From: an uncultured Candidatus Saccharibacteria bacterium
GTDB lineage: Bacteria > Patescibacteriota > JABMPQ01 > JAQVVF01
Reading direction: 5' to 3'
DNA: 64,000 bases
NCBI GenBank assembly: GCA_964574655.1
Contig: CAZNOH010000001.1
Span: 329,852 to 393,851 of the forward strand
The notes beneath the pieces were generated by a model. That model searched no databases, had not been told where the DNA came from, and worked only from the letters and a program-made list of their open reading frames with translations. The translations under genes and the position numbers were made by a program. This document shows positions 37,106 through 46,578 of this stretch, one piece after another (within the stretch, counting starts at the first letter, position 1; every line of letters begins with the position of its first letter).

Positions 37106-38310
37106 ATGGTATTTGCACACGCTCCAGCTGGATATTTAATACTTAGATTTACTGAAAAATTTTGGAACAAAAAAAAACTTTTAAAAAGAAAAAAAGGTTA
37201 GTTTTGTATTTGATCGGAATACTATTTTCCATTTTTCCTGATTTTGATTTGTTTTATCATTATTTTTATTCAGCTAATACTCCGCATCGCCAATATATTT
37301 CACATGGAATTGTTATTTATCTCTTATTATTTTTGTCTATCTATTTAATTGGTTCAATATCTAAAAGGCAATTTATTAAATCTATTGCTTGGGTGATTTT
37401 GCTTGGCGTATCGACTCATTTATTTTTTGATATGATTGCTTCTGGAATTGCAGTTTTTGCGCCAATTTCTAATTTAATGATCGGCTTTCGATCTATTTCG
37501 TTATTAAAATATAGTTTTTTTACTGAAAATATATTTTTGATAAATTGTTCTTTAGAGCTATTAATTATTCTCTCAGCAATTGTTGCCTTTGCTTATGATT
37601 TTATAAAAAATGCAAAATTAAAATTAGCAATTTTGATTACTAGTATTATATTATTTATTGCTGGATTTTCGGCATTATTCTATGTGAACAGCCATATTTA
37701 TAATGGCGGACAATTTGATGCTTATTTTGAAGATAATGATCATGACAAAAAAATTAATTTAGTTGATTTTGATATCGATAATGATGCTTTTGATAATATT
37801 TATGATAATGACGCTAATGGCAATGGCTTGTCTAATCAAGACGATATTTTGCGAGCGACAAAATTAATGAAAGGCAAATGGTATGATTTTACAGAAGGCA
37901 GCTGGGGCGAGATTTTTTCTCGCTGGGGTGTATTGACTAATTCTGATATTATAACAAAGTCTTACGAAACTGCTGGAATATATTTTCAAACTGAATTTGA
38001 TCGAGATTACAAAAACAATCCAAATGACTATGTTGGCGTGCCTGAAGATCCTTTGTTTGATAGGCGAACAGAAAATATTTATGCATTTTGCTTGCATAAT
38101 ATTCGATTATTCGATGGTGCAGATTTGCAAGTTGGTGATGTAATATTCTTTAATGATAATTTGGTTGGATTAACGACTTTTGTTGATAATTCTAACAAAG
38201 CTGATATAATAATAGGAAAACGTGGTAAGATGATATATGAAGACGATATTGACGTACTGAGTAATGAAATGAACGGCGTAAAAGCATATTGTCGGATAGT
38301 TAAGAATTAA
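37106..38310 (+). pseudogene. Membrane metal-dependent hydrolase (YdjM-like) with C-terminal soluble domain; frameshift at A9 tract
   Basis: MVFAHAPAGYL from ATG 37106 is out of frame with PDFD..HR..SH..THL..D; one extra A in 37169-37177 joins them. Confidence 0.65.
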
Positions 38311-38322
38311 CAAAGTTTTATA

Positions 38323-38400
38323 GAATTGCTAAATTGTTTCATTGTTAAATTGTTAACATGAAAAATATTAGCAATTTAACAATTTAGCAATTAAGCTATA
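38323..38400. repeat. Inverted 8-bp-period array (ATTGYTAA / TTARCAAT)
   Basis: gaattgct aaattgtt tcattgtt aaattgtt .. agcaattt aacaattt agcaatta; same family at 23272-23345, 27288-27315, 61601-61685. Confidence 0.72.
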
Positions 38401-38405
38401 AATTT

Positions 38406-38861
38406 ATGATGGTCCAAGAAGTAATGACGAAGAAAATTATCAAGATAAAAAAAGGCACGACTTTGCGCGAGGCGGCAAAAATTTTGATTAAAAATGAGAT
38501 TACCGGCGCTCCAATTGTTAATGAAAAAGACAAAGTAATTGGTATTATTTCGGAAAAGAATGTTTTTAGAGCTTTGTATCCGAATTATGAAGAATTTTAT
38601 ATTGATTTAGATGTAATTACAAAGCCAAATAATTTGGATGACAGATTATTAAAAATAGTTGATTTGAAAGTTGAGGATTTTATGGTAAAAGATGTTGTTT
38701 CAGCCTTGCCTTCTGATTCAGTAGTAAAGGTTGGCGGAATTATGATGGCAAGAGGGATACACCGTGTTTTAGTAGTAGATGAAAAAGAAATTTTGTTGGG
38801 TGTTGTTAGTAGAAGAGATATTTACCCCGCAGTGTTCAAAATGTTATTAAATATAAAATAA
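38406..38861 (+). CDS. CBS-domain protein
   Basis: VQEVMTK, ITGAPIV..VIGIIS, VEDFM, HRVLVV..LGVVSRRD. Confidence 0.9.
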   Translation: MMVQEVMTKKIIKIKKGTTLREAAKILIKNEITGAPIVNEKDKVIGIISEKNVFRALYPNYEEFYIDLDVITKPNNLDDRLLKIVDLKVEDFMVKDVVSALPSDSVVKVGGIMMARGIHRVLVVDEKEILLGVVSRRDIYPAVFKMLLNIK

Positions 38862-38871
38862 AGCGTAAATT

Positions 38872-38900
38872 GTAGAGACGCCCAAATTGGGCGTCTGTAC
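38872..38900. repeat. GTAG-type REP palindrome
   Basis: gtagagacgcccaaattgggcgtctgtac; nearly identical to 62511. Confidence 0.85.
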
Positions 38901-38912
38901 AAAAATAAAAAA

Positions 38913-39731
38913 ATGCCTGAACTTCCTGAAGTAGAAACAATTAAACGACAGCTTGAGACAAAAATAGTTGGCAAAAAAATTAAGAATGTTGAAGTTCGTT
39001 ATGCAAAACTATTGAACATGCTTGAAAAAGAATTTGTTGCTCAGGTTGTTGGAAGTAAAATTATTGCCCTGAAAAGAAGGGCAAAACTTTTAATTTGGGC
39101 ATTATCTGAAAATAAGAATTTGGTTTTTCATTTAAAGATGGCTGGCCAGGTAATTTGGGCTGGAAAAAATCCTAATCCTGCAAAATATACTTATGTTATT
39201 TTTACTTTGTCAGATGGTAATACGGTATTTTTTAATGATAAGAGAAAGTTTGGCTGGGTAAAATTATTAGATTATCAAGAATTTGAAAAGTTATTATTAT
39301 CATATGGTCCTGAGCCATTGGATAAAAATTTTACTTGGCAAAATTTAAAAGAGATATTGTACAAGAAAAAAAGAATCAGAATCAAGCCATTATTAATGGA
39401 TCAAACATTATTGGCTGGAGTTGGAAATATTTATGCTCAAGAAGCTTGCTTTTGCGCTGGAATTTTGCCAGAAAGAAAGGCAGGCGATATAGTTGACAAA
39501 GAAATTGAAAAGCTATATGCTTGCTTGAAAAAAGTATTATTGGAATCTATCAAACATCATGGTACTTCAGCTGATGCCTATGTTGATGCATTAGGGAACA
39601 AAGGCAGTTTTGAAGCTAGATTAAAAGTTTATGGACGACAAGGCGAGAAATGTTATCGATGTGGCGGAATAGTTGAAAAAATGAAGCTTGGTGGACGTGG
39701 AACTTATTATTGTCCGAAATGCCAGACTTAG
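38913..39731 (+). CDS. mutM: Formamidopyrimidine-DNA glycosylase
   Basis: MPELPEVET, RRAK, HLKMAG, D.RKFG, GVGNIYAQE, zinc finger C..CG..GRGTYYCPKCQ. Confidence 0.96.
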   Translation: MPELPEVETIKRQLETKIVGKKIKNVEVRYAKLLNMLEKEFVAQVVGSKIIALKRRAKLLIWALSENKNLVFHLKMAGQVIWAGKNPNPAKYTYVIFTLSDGNTVFFNDKRKFGWVKLLDYQEFEKLLLSYGPEPLDKNFTWQNLKEILYKKKRIRIKPLLMDQTLLAGVGNIYAQEACFCAGILPERKAGDIVDKEIEKLYACLKKVLLESIKHHGTSADAYVDALGNKGSFEARLKVYGRQGEKCYRCGGIVEKMKLGGRGTYYCPKCQT

Positions 39732-39866
39732 TTCGAAAGTTATAAAGTTATAAAGTTATAAAGTTTGCCTGCTGAAAGGCAGGTATTTAAATATTTTGTT
39801 CTTTGACAACGAGGCTTGAAAAAAGCAAAATTGTTGAATCGCGCTAAGCCAAGAGAGGAGGGCGAG

Positions 39867-40049
39867 ATGGAAACACCATGGATATATATTGCAATTTTTG
39901 TTGGCATTTTAGTTTTTGTGTTTATTTCGGTTATGGTTGATATTTTTTCAGAGAGTTCTGGAAATGAGATTTCCAAATCATGTAGTTGCACGGGTAACGA
40001 AAGATGTCCAATTTGTTCATCTTATCTTGATAGTTTTGGTAATCATTGA
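39867..40049 (+). CDS. Small SD-led membrane protein with Cys-rich tail (60 aa)
   Basis: GAGGAGGGCGAG-ATG; TM then CSC-x5-CPIC; TTGACA-17-CAAAAT upstream. Confidence 0.55.
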   Translation: METPWIYIAIFVGILVFVFISVMVDIFSESSGNEISKSCSCTGNERCPICSSYLDSFGNH

Positions 40050-40158
40050 AAAGTCCGGATCTTGCACTTGTGAAACAAGCTATGAAAGTTGTCCTTATTG
40101 TAGTGCTTATACCAAATTCAGCGAATGTGTTCTAGCTAAAAAACTATTTGTTTGTCTA

Positions 40159-40230
40159 GCTGGTTGCAGAGTCCTCTCTGCAACCACATTATCGCGTTGA
40201 TTTGGTTTCAGAGAGGACTCTGAAACCAGC
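40159..40230. repeat. Inverted pair of 26-bp hairpins with complementary loops
   Basis: tggttgcagag-tcct-ctctgcaacca and tggtttcagag-agga-ctctgaaacca. Confidence 0.75.
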
Positions 40231-40461
40231 ATCGCAACAGATTAAATGAATTTGGTATTATAAAAGTAGTTTCGGCAATCATAGATAATAAGTTCTTTAA
40301 CTGGTTTTTACCAGTTTTTTGTTGCCTCACTCGAATATTTTTTCGAATATAAGCGAATACTTTTTCGAATATTTGAAAATAGATTAGAATATTATTCGAA
40401 AATAAATTAGAGTGAGATCTGTTTTTGACCAGTTTTTTTTATTATGCTATCTTGGTAGTAT

Positions 40462-41545
40462 ATGCAGGATTTATTAACAAAATTAGAAAAAATAAAACAG
40501 GACATTGCGAAAGTAATGGATCGTCTTTGATATTGTTAGTAAAAAAGAAAAAATAGCAAAATTAGAAAAAGATATCCAAAGCCCTGATTTTTGGAAGAAT
40601 ACCAGAAAAGCAAAAGCAATAATGCGTGATCTTGATAGTCTGAAAAAATTTGTTGAATTGTGGGAAGGATTAATGCTTGAAACAAAAGATTTAATTGAAG
40701 TGATTGATATTGCAAATGAAGACGAATCGTTGAAAAAAGAAATAGAACAGCGTTTTCTAAAGCTGAACAAAAAATTTGAACAGCATGAATTTGAAATAAT
40801 GATGTCCGGTGATTATGATTTGAACAATGCAATTTTGATGATTCATTCTGGTACTGGTGGTACAGAAGCGCAGGATTGGGCAGAGATGTTACTTCGAATG
40901 TATTTGCGATATTGTGAAAAAAGAGATTGGCAGACTGAAATTTTGGATAAAATAATGGGCTCGGAGGCAGGAATAAAAAGTGCTATAGTAAAGGTGACTG
41001 GAAATTATGCTTACGGCTATTTGAAGGCTGAAGCTGGAATTCATCGTTTGGTTCGTCAATCGCCGTTTGATTCTGATCATGCTAGGCACACATCTTTTGC
41101 TTTAGTTGAAGTGATTCCAGAATTGTCTTCTGATGTCAATATAAAAATAGATTCAAAAGATTTACGAATTGATACATATAGATCAAGTGGAGCAGGAGGT
41201 CAGAGTGTTAATAAAACAAGCTCAGCAGTCAGAATTACTCATTTGCCATCAGGCATTGTTGTTGCTTGTCAGAATCAAAGATCTCAGATTCAGAATAGAG
41301 AAACAGCAATGATGATTCTGAAATCAAGGCTTTATGAAAAAGAATTAAAAAAGAAAAAAGAAGAAAAAGCAAAATTGCGAGGCGAGCATCTTGAGGCAAG
41401 TTGGAGCAATCAAATCAGATCTTATGTCTTGCATCCGTACAAAATGGTAAAAGATCATCGGACAGAATATGAAGTTGGTGATGCAGAAGCTGTGTTAGAT
41501 GGTGATTTAGATGGATTTATTGAGGCGTTTCTGAAGATAAAATAA
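40462..41545 (+). CDS. prfB: Peptide chain release factor 2, +1 programmed frameshift at CTT TGA (40525-40530)
   Basis: 22-codon ORF ends CTT TGA; +1 frame continues into GGTEAQDWA, HRLVRQSPFD (SPF), GAGGQ. Confidence 0.93.
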
Positions 41546-41631
41546 TTTTAAATTTTAAATTTCGAATCAATTTTAAAATTAGAATTTTGAAATTTATTTA
41601 AAATTTTGAATTTGAAATTAAAAATTAGACT

Positions 41632-42309
41632 ATGATTGAATTAAAACATATAAATAAGTCTTATCAGGATGCCTTGGTCTTGAGCGATATCAATGTCACA
41701 ATTAATGATGGAGAGTTTGTGTCTTTTGTTGGCAGATCTGGTGTTGGCAAGACAACGATTTTTAGATTGCTGATTGGTGAGGGAAAAGCTGATTCAGGCG
41801 AGTTGATTGTGAATGGTTGCAATGTTGAAAAATTGAGCAAAAGTAAAATTCCATATTATCGTCGCAAATTGGGAGTGGTTTTTCAGGATTTTAAATTACT
41901 GTCTAGGAAAAATGTTTATGAAAATGTTGCTTTTACTTTGATTGTGTCAGGCGCTTCAAATAAAAAAATAAAAGAATTAGTGCCACAAGCAATAGGCTTG
42001 GTTGGATTGTCAGGCAAAGAAGATCGTTTTCCGCATGAATTATCAGGTGGTGAACAACAACGTTGCGCAATTGCTCGATCTATTGTTCATCAGCCAAAAA
42101 TTTTGATTGCTGATGAGTTGACTGGTGATTTGGATGCAATTTATTCTTGGGAAATTATGGAAATATTATTGAGAATTAATAAATTAGGCAATACGGTTTT
42201 GATTGCAACTCATGATCGAGATATTGTAAATCGCTTGAATAAAAGAGTGATTACAATGGAAGGCGGAAAGATTATGAAAGATCAGCAGGTAGGGCGTTAT
42301 ATGATCTAA
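41632..42309 (+). CDS. ftsE: Cell division ABC ATPase FtsE
   Basis: GRSGVGKT, RRKLGVVFQDFKLL, LSGGEQQR, IADE, ATHD; followed by ftsX. Confidence 0.92.
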   Translation: MIELKHINKSYQDALVLSDINVTINDGEFVSFVGRSGVGKTTIFRLLIGEGKADSGELIVNGCNVEKLSKSKIPYYRRKLGVVFQDFKLLSRKNVYENVAFTLIVSGASNKKIKELVPQAIGLVGLSGKEDRFPHELSGGEQQRCAIARSIVHQPKILIADELTGDLDAIYSWEIMEILLRINKLGNTVLIATHDRDIVNRLNKRVITMEGGKIMKDQQVGRYMI

Positions 42310-42360
42310 TTTTAAAATTTATTTAAAATTTAAAATTTGAAATTTAGTTTTTAATAGCAT

Positions 42361-43275
42361 ATGTTAAGGTCTTTATCTCGTGTTATAAAATTTGGATTCA
42401 TGAATTTCTGGCGAAATATTTGGCTTTCTTTTGCTACGACTTTGATTATGGTTTTGACATTATTTTCTATCAGCTTGTTGATTGTTTTGAATCTTTATGG
42501 AGATTTGATTATTCAAAATATCAAAAATAAAATTGATGTAACTGTTTTTTTTCAGACTGATGTTAGCAAAGCGCAAATGGATGAAATGCAAAGCGCTTTA
42601 ACTAATATGAATGATGTTGAAGAAGTAAAATTTACTTCAAAAGATGAGGCATTAAAAGAATTTCAGGCAAAACATGGCGATAATCCTTTGATTTTGTCTT
42701 CTATTGCTGAATTAGAGGGTAATCCTTTGCGAGATACTCTTGTAATCCGCGCAAAGAATTTGGATAAATATAATGAAATAAAAGTTTTCTTAGATAATGA
42801 AAAATATCAGCCGATAGTTGATAAATTTACTTTTGATGATAATAAAGAAATTATTAGTAAGGTTTCGGCAGCTTTAACTATTGCAAAAAAGATTGGGATC
42901 GGAGTCAGCGTGATTTTCTGCGTTATTGTTGTTTTGGTCATGTTCAATACTATCCGAATGACAATTTATACTCAAAAAGATGAAATTAGTATTATGAGAT
43001 TGGTTGGAGCGACAAATACTTTTATTGAAATTCCATTTATAATAGAAGGCATGTTGTATGGTATTTTTGCGAGTGTGATTTCAACTTTGATTATTTATCC
43101 GGTTATTTTATATACAACACCGAAAATTAATCAATTTTTTCAGCTTGTGAATGTTGATGCAGCTTCTGTAATAAATAAAAATTTGTTAATTATTATTGCG
43201 GTTCAATTATTGCTTGGAATATTTTTAGGAGTAGTGTCTAGTGCGATTGCGATAAGGAAGTATTTGAAGGTGTAA
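42361..43275 (+). CDS. ftsX: Cell division permease FtsX
   Basis: NFWRN, SKDEAL..F, NPL, NTIR..I....EI.IMRLVGAT..FI..PF..EG. Confidence 0.92.
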   Translation: MLRSLSRVIKFGFMNFWRNIWLSFATTLIMVLTLFSISLLIVLNLYGDLIIQNIKNKIDVTVFFQTDVSKAQMDEMQSALTNMNDVEEVKFTSKDEALKEFQAKHGDNPLILSSIAELEGNPLRDTLVIRAKNLDKYNEIKVFLDNEKYQPIVDKFTFDDNKEIISKVSAALTIAKKIGIGVSVIFCVIVVLVMFNTIRMTIYTQKDEISIMRLVGATNTFIEIPFIIEGMLYGIFASVISTLIIYPVILYTTPKINQFFQLVNVDAASVINKNLLIIIAVQLLLGIFLGVVSSAIAIRKYLKV

Positions 43276-43409
43276 ATTAAAATTAATTTTTAACAATAAT
43301 AAAATCCCTTTTTGGGATTTTTTGTATTGAAGTTTGGGCTGATAAGATGTAAGATTATATGTTATGATTAAATAAAATTGATTTTAATTAATAATTTGTA
43401 GATAAATTT

Positions 43410-44456
43410 ATGGTATATCCGGAAATCGAAATTACAAAAGATGATTTGAAAAAAATAATTTATTTCATCTTAATGAAATTTAAAGGTGATCAGCTTCATA
43501 GGCAAGGTACGTCTGCTAAGCGTGATTTGATAGGAGGATATATTGAGCGCTGGTTTAACAAAATTGCTGAAACAGTTATTTTTGATAATTTATTAAACAA
43601 AAAAGATTACGAAGCGGTTTCTGATTATTTTATTTATTCAGATGACAAGAAGAATGTTCCAGATATACTTGGATTAAAAAAGCTTAAGAAAATATTGCCT
43701 TTTGTGAAATATAATAACGGTACTTGGGATACCATATCGGGAATGCCGAGAATTGAAGTTAAAGTTTTTAGAAAAGACCAAGCTCTTGTAAGCATTCGTG
43801 AGCCACAAATGATTGATGATTATTATGTTATTATTGATTCTGATTTGAACGGTGATTATTTAACTGCAATTTTTAGGGACGAGGTTTTTGAAGACAAGTT
43901 TTTTAATAGCTTAATTGTTGATGATGTGTTTATTGAAAGCGACATTGATAATAATATGATCGAACATATGAAAGTTATGCCAGCTAAAAAAATTGGAACA
44001 ATGAGGTTAATAGGTATTTATACAAAAAAAGAATTCAAAGATAATTCAATCTTATGTCGCAAGGGCGTTAGTCCGTATTATTTCGGATGGGCATCTAATA
44101 AAATTTTGGCTAGTAAATTACGATTAAACGAAAAATTGAATTTGGATAAAATGGGACGGTTTGTTTATAAGTATAATAGCTCATATGTTTGCTTGCCAGT
44201 GGCGATAGATAGTCCTAAAAATAATAAAATTACTGTATTAAAAAGAAATAAAGGATCGGTATATATCAATTCGTTAGAAAATATAAGTATTGGAGGCATA
44301 AAGTTAAAAGCAGGGGATATTTGCGTCGAGTTTAAAAAATTTGACCGAAGTTCAAAATGGGACGAGAATGTTTTACTGAAACAAACTCTTGAAAAGTATG
44401 GAAAAGATTCCACGAAAGATTTGATCGATCTTTTTGATGAGTTAGTGAGCAAGTAG
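43410..44456 (+). CDS. Putative restriction endonuclease
   Basis: PD..(IEVK) PD-(D/E)xK-like pattern; convergent with C5-MTase; vsr nearby (call rests on context). Confidence 0.55.
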   Translation: MVYPEIEITKDDLKKIIYFILMKFKGDQLHRQGTSAKRDLIGGYIERWFNKIAETVIFDNLLNKKDYEAVSDYFIYSDDKKNVPDILGLKKLKKILPFVKYNNGTWDTISGMPRIEVKVFRKDQALVSIREPQMIDDYYVIIDSDLNGDYLTAIFRDEVFEDKFFNSLIVDDVFIESDIDNNMIEHMKVMPAKKIGTMRLIGIYTKKEFKDNSILCRKGVSPYYFGWASNKILASKLRLNEKLNLDKMGRFVYKYNSSYVCLPVAIDSPKNNKITVLKRNKGSVYINSLENISIGGIKLKAGDICVEFKKFDRSSKWDENVLLKQTLEKYGKDSTKDLIDLFDELVSK

Positions 44457-44457
44457 G

Positions 44458-46035
44458 TTATTCCATTGCTTTTTTTATTTGCTTTGCGACTGCTTCGACG
44501 ACAGGTACGCTTACAGAATTTCCTAGTTGTTTATATAGTGCTGAATCTGAAATTTCTGGCAATTTGAAATTAGCCGGAAATCCTTGAATTTTTGCGCATT
44601 CTAGCGGAGTCAACTTTCTGATGCCTTTTTTATCTTTAATGATTGGGACATTGTGTCCGCCAGTTCCCATATTCGCTGTCAATGTCGGGCATACGTCGCT
44701 TTTATTCTCTCGAACATACTGTCGGCGCCATTGATAAACCTTATTGCTGTCTTTTATAAAATTTTTTAATTTTTTAAATAGCGGTTTTCCGTTATAATAA
44801 TATTTTTCAGGCACATTTTTTTCTAGCAGATCAGTAATTTTTTTTGTGAGTTTTACTGGCTTTGGAAATTCAAATTTGTCGCAATAATCTTTATTTTTGA
44901 AGCCAGCAATGTAAATGCGTTCGCGATTTTGGGGAATATTTCCATATTCCATGCTGTTCAAAACTTTAGCTTTTAAATAATAGCCAAGACTTTCCAATGT
45001 TTCTTGAATTGTTTTAAAAGTTTTTCCATCGTCATGGCTTTTCAGATTTTTTACATTTTCAAGCAGGAATCCCTCTGGTTTTCTAGCATCAAGTATTCTT
45101 GCAATATCAAAAAATAAATTGCCTCTGCCTTTTTTATCATTGAATCCTTGCCTATATCCAGCAATGGAAAATGCTTGGCAGGGAAATCCGCCGAGAAGAA
45201 AATCGAATTTTGGCAGATCATCAATGCCAATTTTTCTTATATCTTCAACTACAAGTTTTGATTTTTTGAAATTTAAATCATAAGTAAGCTTGCATTTTTC
45301 GTCAAAATCATTAGAAAATACCGTATTGAATCCAGCTTTTTCAAAACCAAGCCTAATTCCGCCGACTCCTGCAAAAAGATCGATAGTTTTAAATCCGTGT
45401 TTGATTTTTTTTGCAATTATTTTTTCTGGTTCTTTGGAAAAATTACTGATAACTTGTATTACAACGCCTCTTACTTCAACTTCGTTTCTGAAAAAGGGGA
45501 GCATATTTTGATTTCTTGGTTGAAGTCGGAATCTGTTTTGTTCTCTGTAAAGCTTTTTAAGCGTTGCTTCATTGTCATCAATGATAGCAACGACAGTTTG
45601 GCCATTTTCTGCTGAAGACTGTTTTTTTATAATTACAGTATCGCCATCAAATATTCCTTCATCGATCATGCTATCGCCAACAACGCGAAGAGCATAATAG
45701 TCCTTCTTATTTTTGATAGATGGATTAAATACTGGAATATTTTCTTGAAAATTTTCGATGGCTTCAATCGGTTTGCTGGCAGCTATATTTCCAATAACCG
45801 GAATATCGATAACTGTTCTCTGTTTTTCTTTTGGCGTAATGTCGCGCGCGGAATTATTATTTTTTGAGAGATAGCCTTTTTTTATCAGAGTATTAATATG
45901 TTCATGGATTGTTGATACTGCCTTAAGCTTCAGTTTCTTTCTTATTTCTTCGATTGTTGGCGAAATTCCGTTTTCTGTGCGATAGGCATTAATAAAATCG
46001 AATACTAACTTTTGTTTTTGTGTTAAATTTTGCAT
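44458..46035 (-). CDS. LexA-family repressor fused to a C5-cytosine DNA methyltransferase
   Basis: N: LTQKQ..SPTIEEI..STIHEHI..L..KGYL, VGDSM, ATLKK; C: LFAGVGG, GFPCQAFS, LLENVKNL, PQNRERI, LYKQLGNSV. Confidence 0.9.
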   Translation of the reverse strand: MQNLTQKQKLVFDFINAYRTENGISPTIEEIRKKLKLKAVSTIHEHINTLIKKGYLSKNNNSARDITPKEKQRTVIDIPVIGNIAASKPIEAIENFQENIPVFNPSIKNKKDYYALRVVGDSMIDEGIFDGDTVIIKKQSSAENGQTVVAIIDDNEATLKKLYREQNRFRLQPRNQNMLPFFRNEVEVRGVVIQVISNFSKEPEKIIAKKIKHGFKTIDLFAGVGGIRLGFEKAGFNTVFSNDFDEKCKLTYDLNFKKSKLVVEDIRKIGIDDLPKFDFLLGGFPCQAFSIAGYRQGFNDKKGRGNLFFDIARILDARKPEGFLLENVKNLKSHDDGKTFKTIQETLESLGYYLKAKVLNSMEYGNIPQNRERIYIAGFKNKDYCDKFEFPKPVKLTKKITDLLEKNVPEKYYYNGKPLFKKLKNFIKDSNKVYQWRRQYVRENKSDVCPTLTANMGTGGHNVPIIKDKKGIRKLTPLECAKIQGFPANFKLPEISDSALYKQLGNSVSVPVVEAVAKQIKKAME

Positions 46036-46073
46036 GTTTGTTTTATAAAATAATTTGTGCTACAATTTGATTA

Positions 46074-46115
46074 TAACCGAAAATTAACCGAAATTCAAAG
46101 CGGTAGTTATCCACA
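46074..46115. promoter_or_regulatory. Direct repeat (putative operator) plus DnaA-box-like 9-mer
   Basis: taaccgaaaat taaccgaaatt (11-bp period) between divergent lexA-MTase and vsr; TTATCCACA at 46107-46115. Confidence 0.4.
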
Positions 46116-46131
46116 GCTTTAATTAAATTTT

Positions 46132-46533
46132 ATGGACGTTTTTTCTAAAAAGAAGAGAAGCGAGATAATGTCGAAGATTCGTTATGAGAATACGGAAGTT
46201 GAGAGGATTATTTTTAGTGGATTGATAAAAAGAAAGATATATTTTCAGAAGCATTATAAAAAGGCTATTGGTTCGCCAGATATTGCTTTTCCGAGAAAAA
46301 AGATAGCAATATTTATCGATGGTGATTTCTGGCATGGAAGGCATTTTGCGAAAACAGAAAAAAGGCTTCCTAAAGAGTATTGGAGAGAAAAGATAAAGTC
46401 AAATATTTTGAGAGATAAAAGGAATCGATCAAAATTGAAAAGACAGGGTTGGAAGGTATTGAGGTTTTGGGAAGGCGAGATAAAGATGCGACCGAAAAAG
46501 ATAATAGGTCTCTTGATTATGTTTATAAAGTAG
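46132..46533 (+). CDS. vsr: Very short patch repair endonuclease
   Basis: MDVFS..KRS.IMSKI...NT..E, G.PDI, FIDGDFWHG, N..RD, GWKVLRFWE. Confidence 0.93.
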   Translation: MDVFSKKKRSEIMSKIRYENTEVERIIFSGLIKRKIYFQKHYKKAIGSPDIAFPRKKIAIFIDGDFWHGRHFAKTEKRLPKEYWREKIKSNILRDKRNRSKLKRQGWKVLRFWEGEIKMRPKKIIGLLIMFIK

Positions 46534-46578
46534 TTTTTTAGAAAAATATATTTTTGACTAAATTAGATTACATCTATA

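Noticed and set aside
46107-46115. Replication origin
   Set aside because: Only one DnaA box noticed, no dnaA, and no switch in gene orientation.
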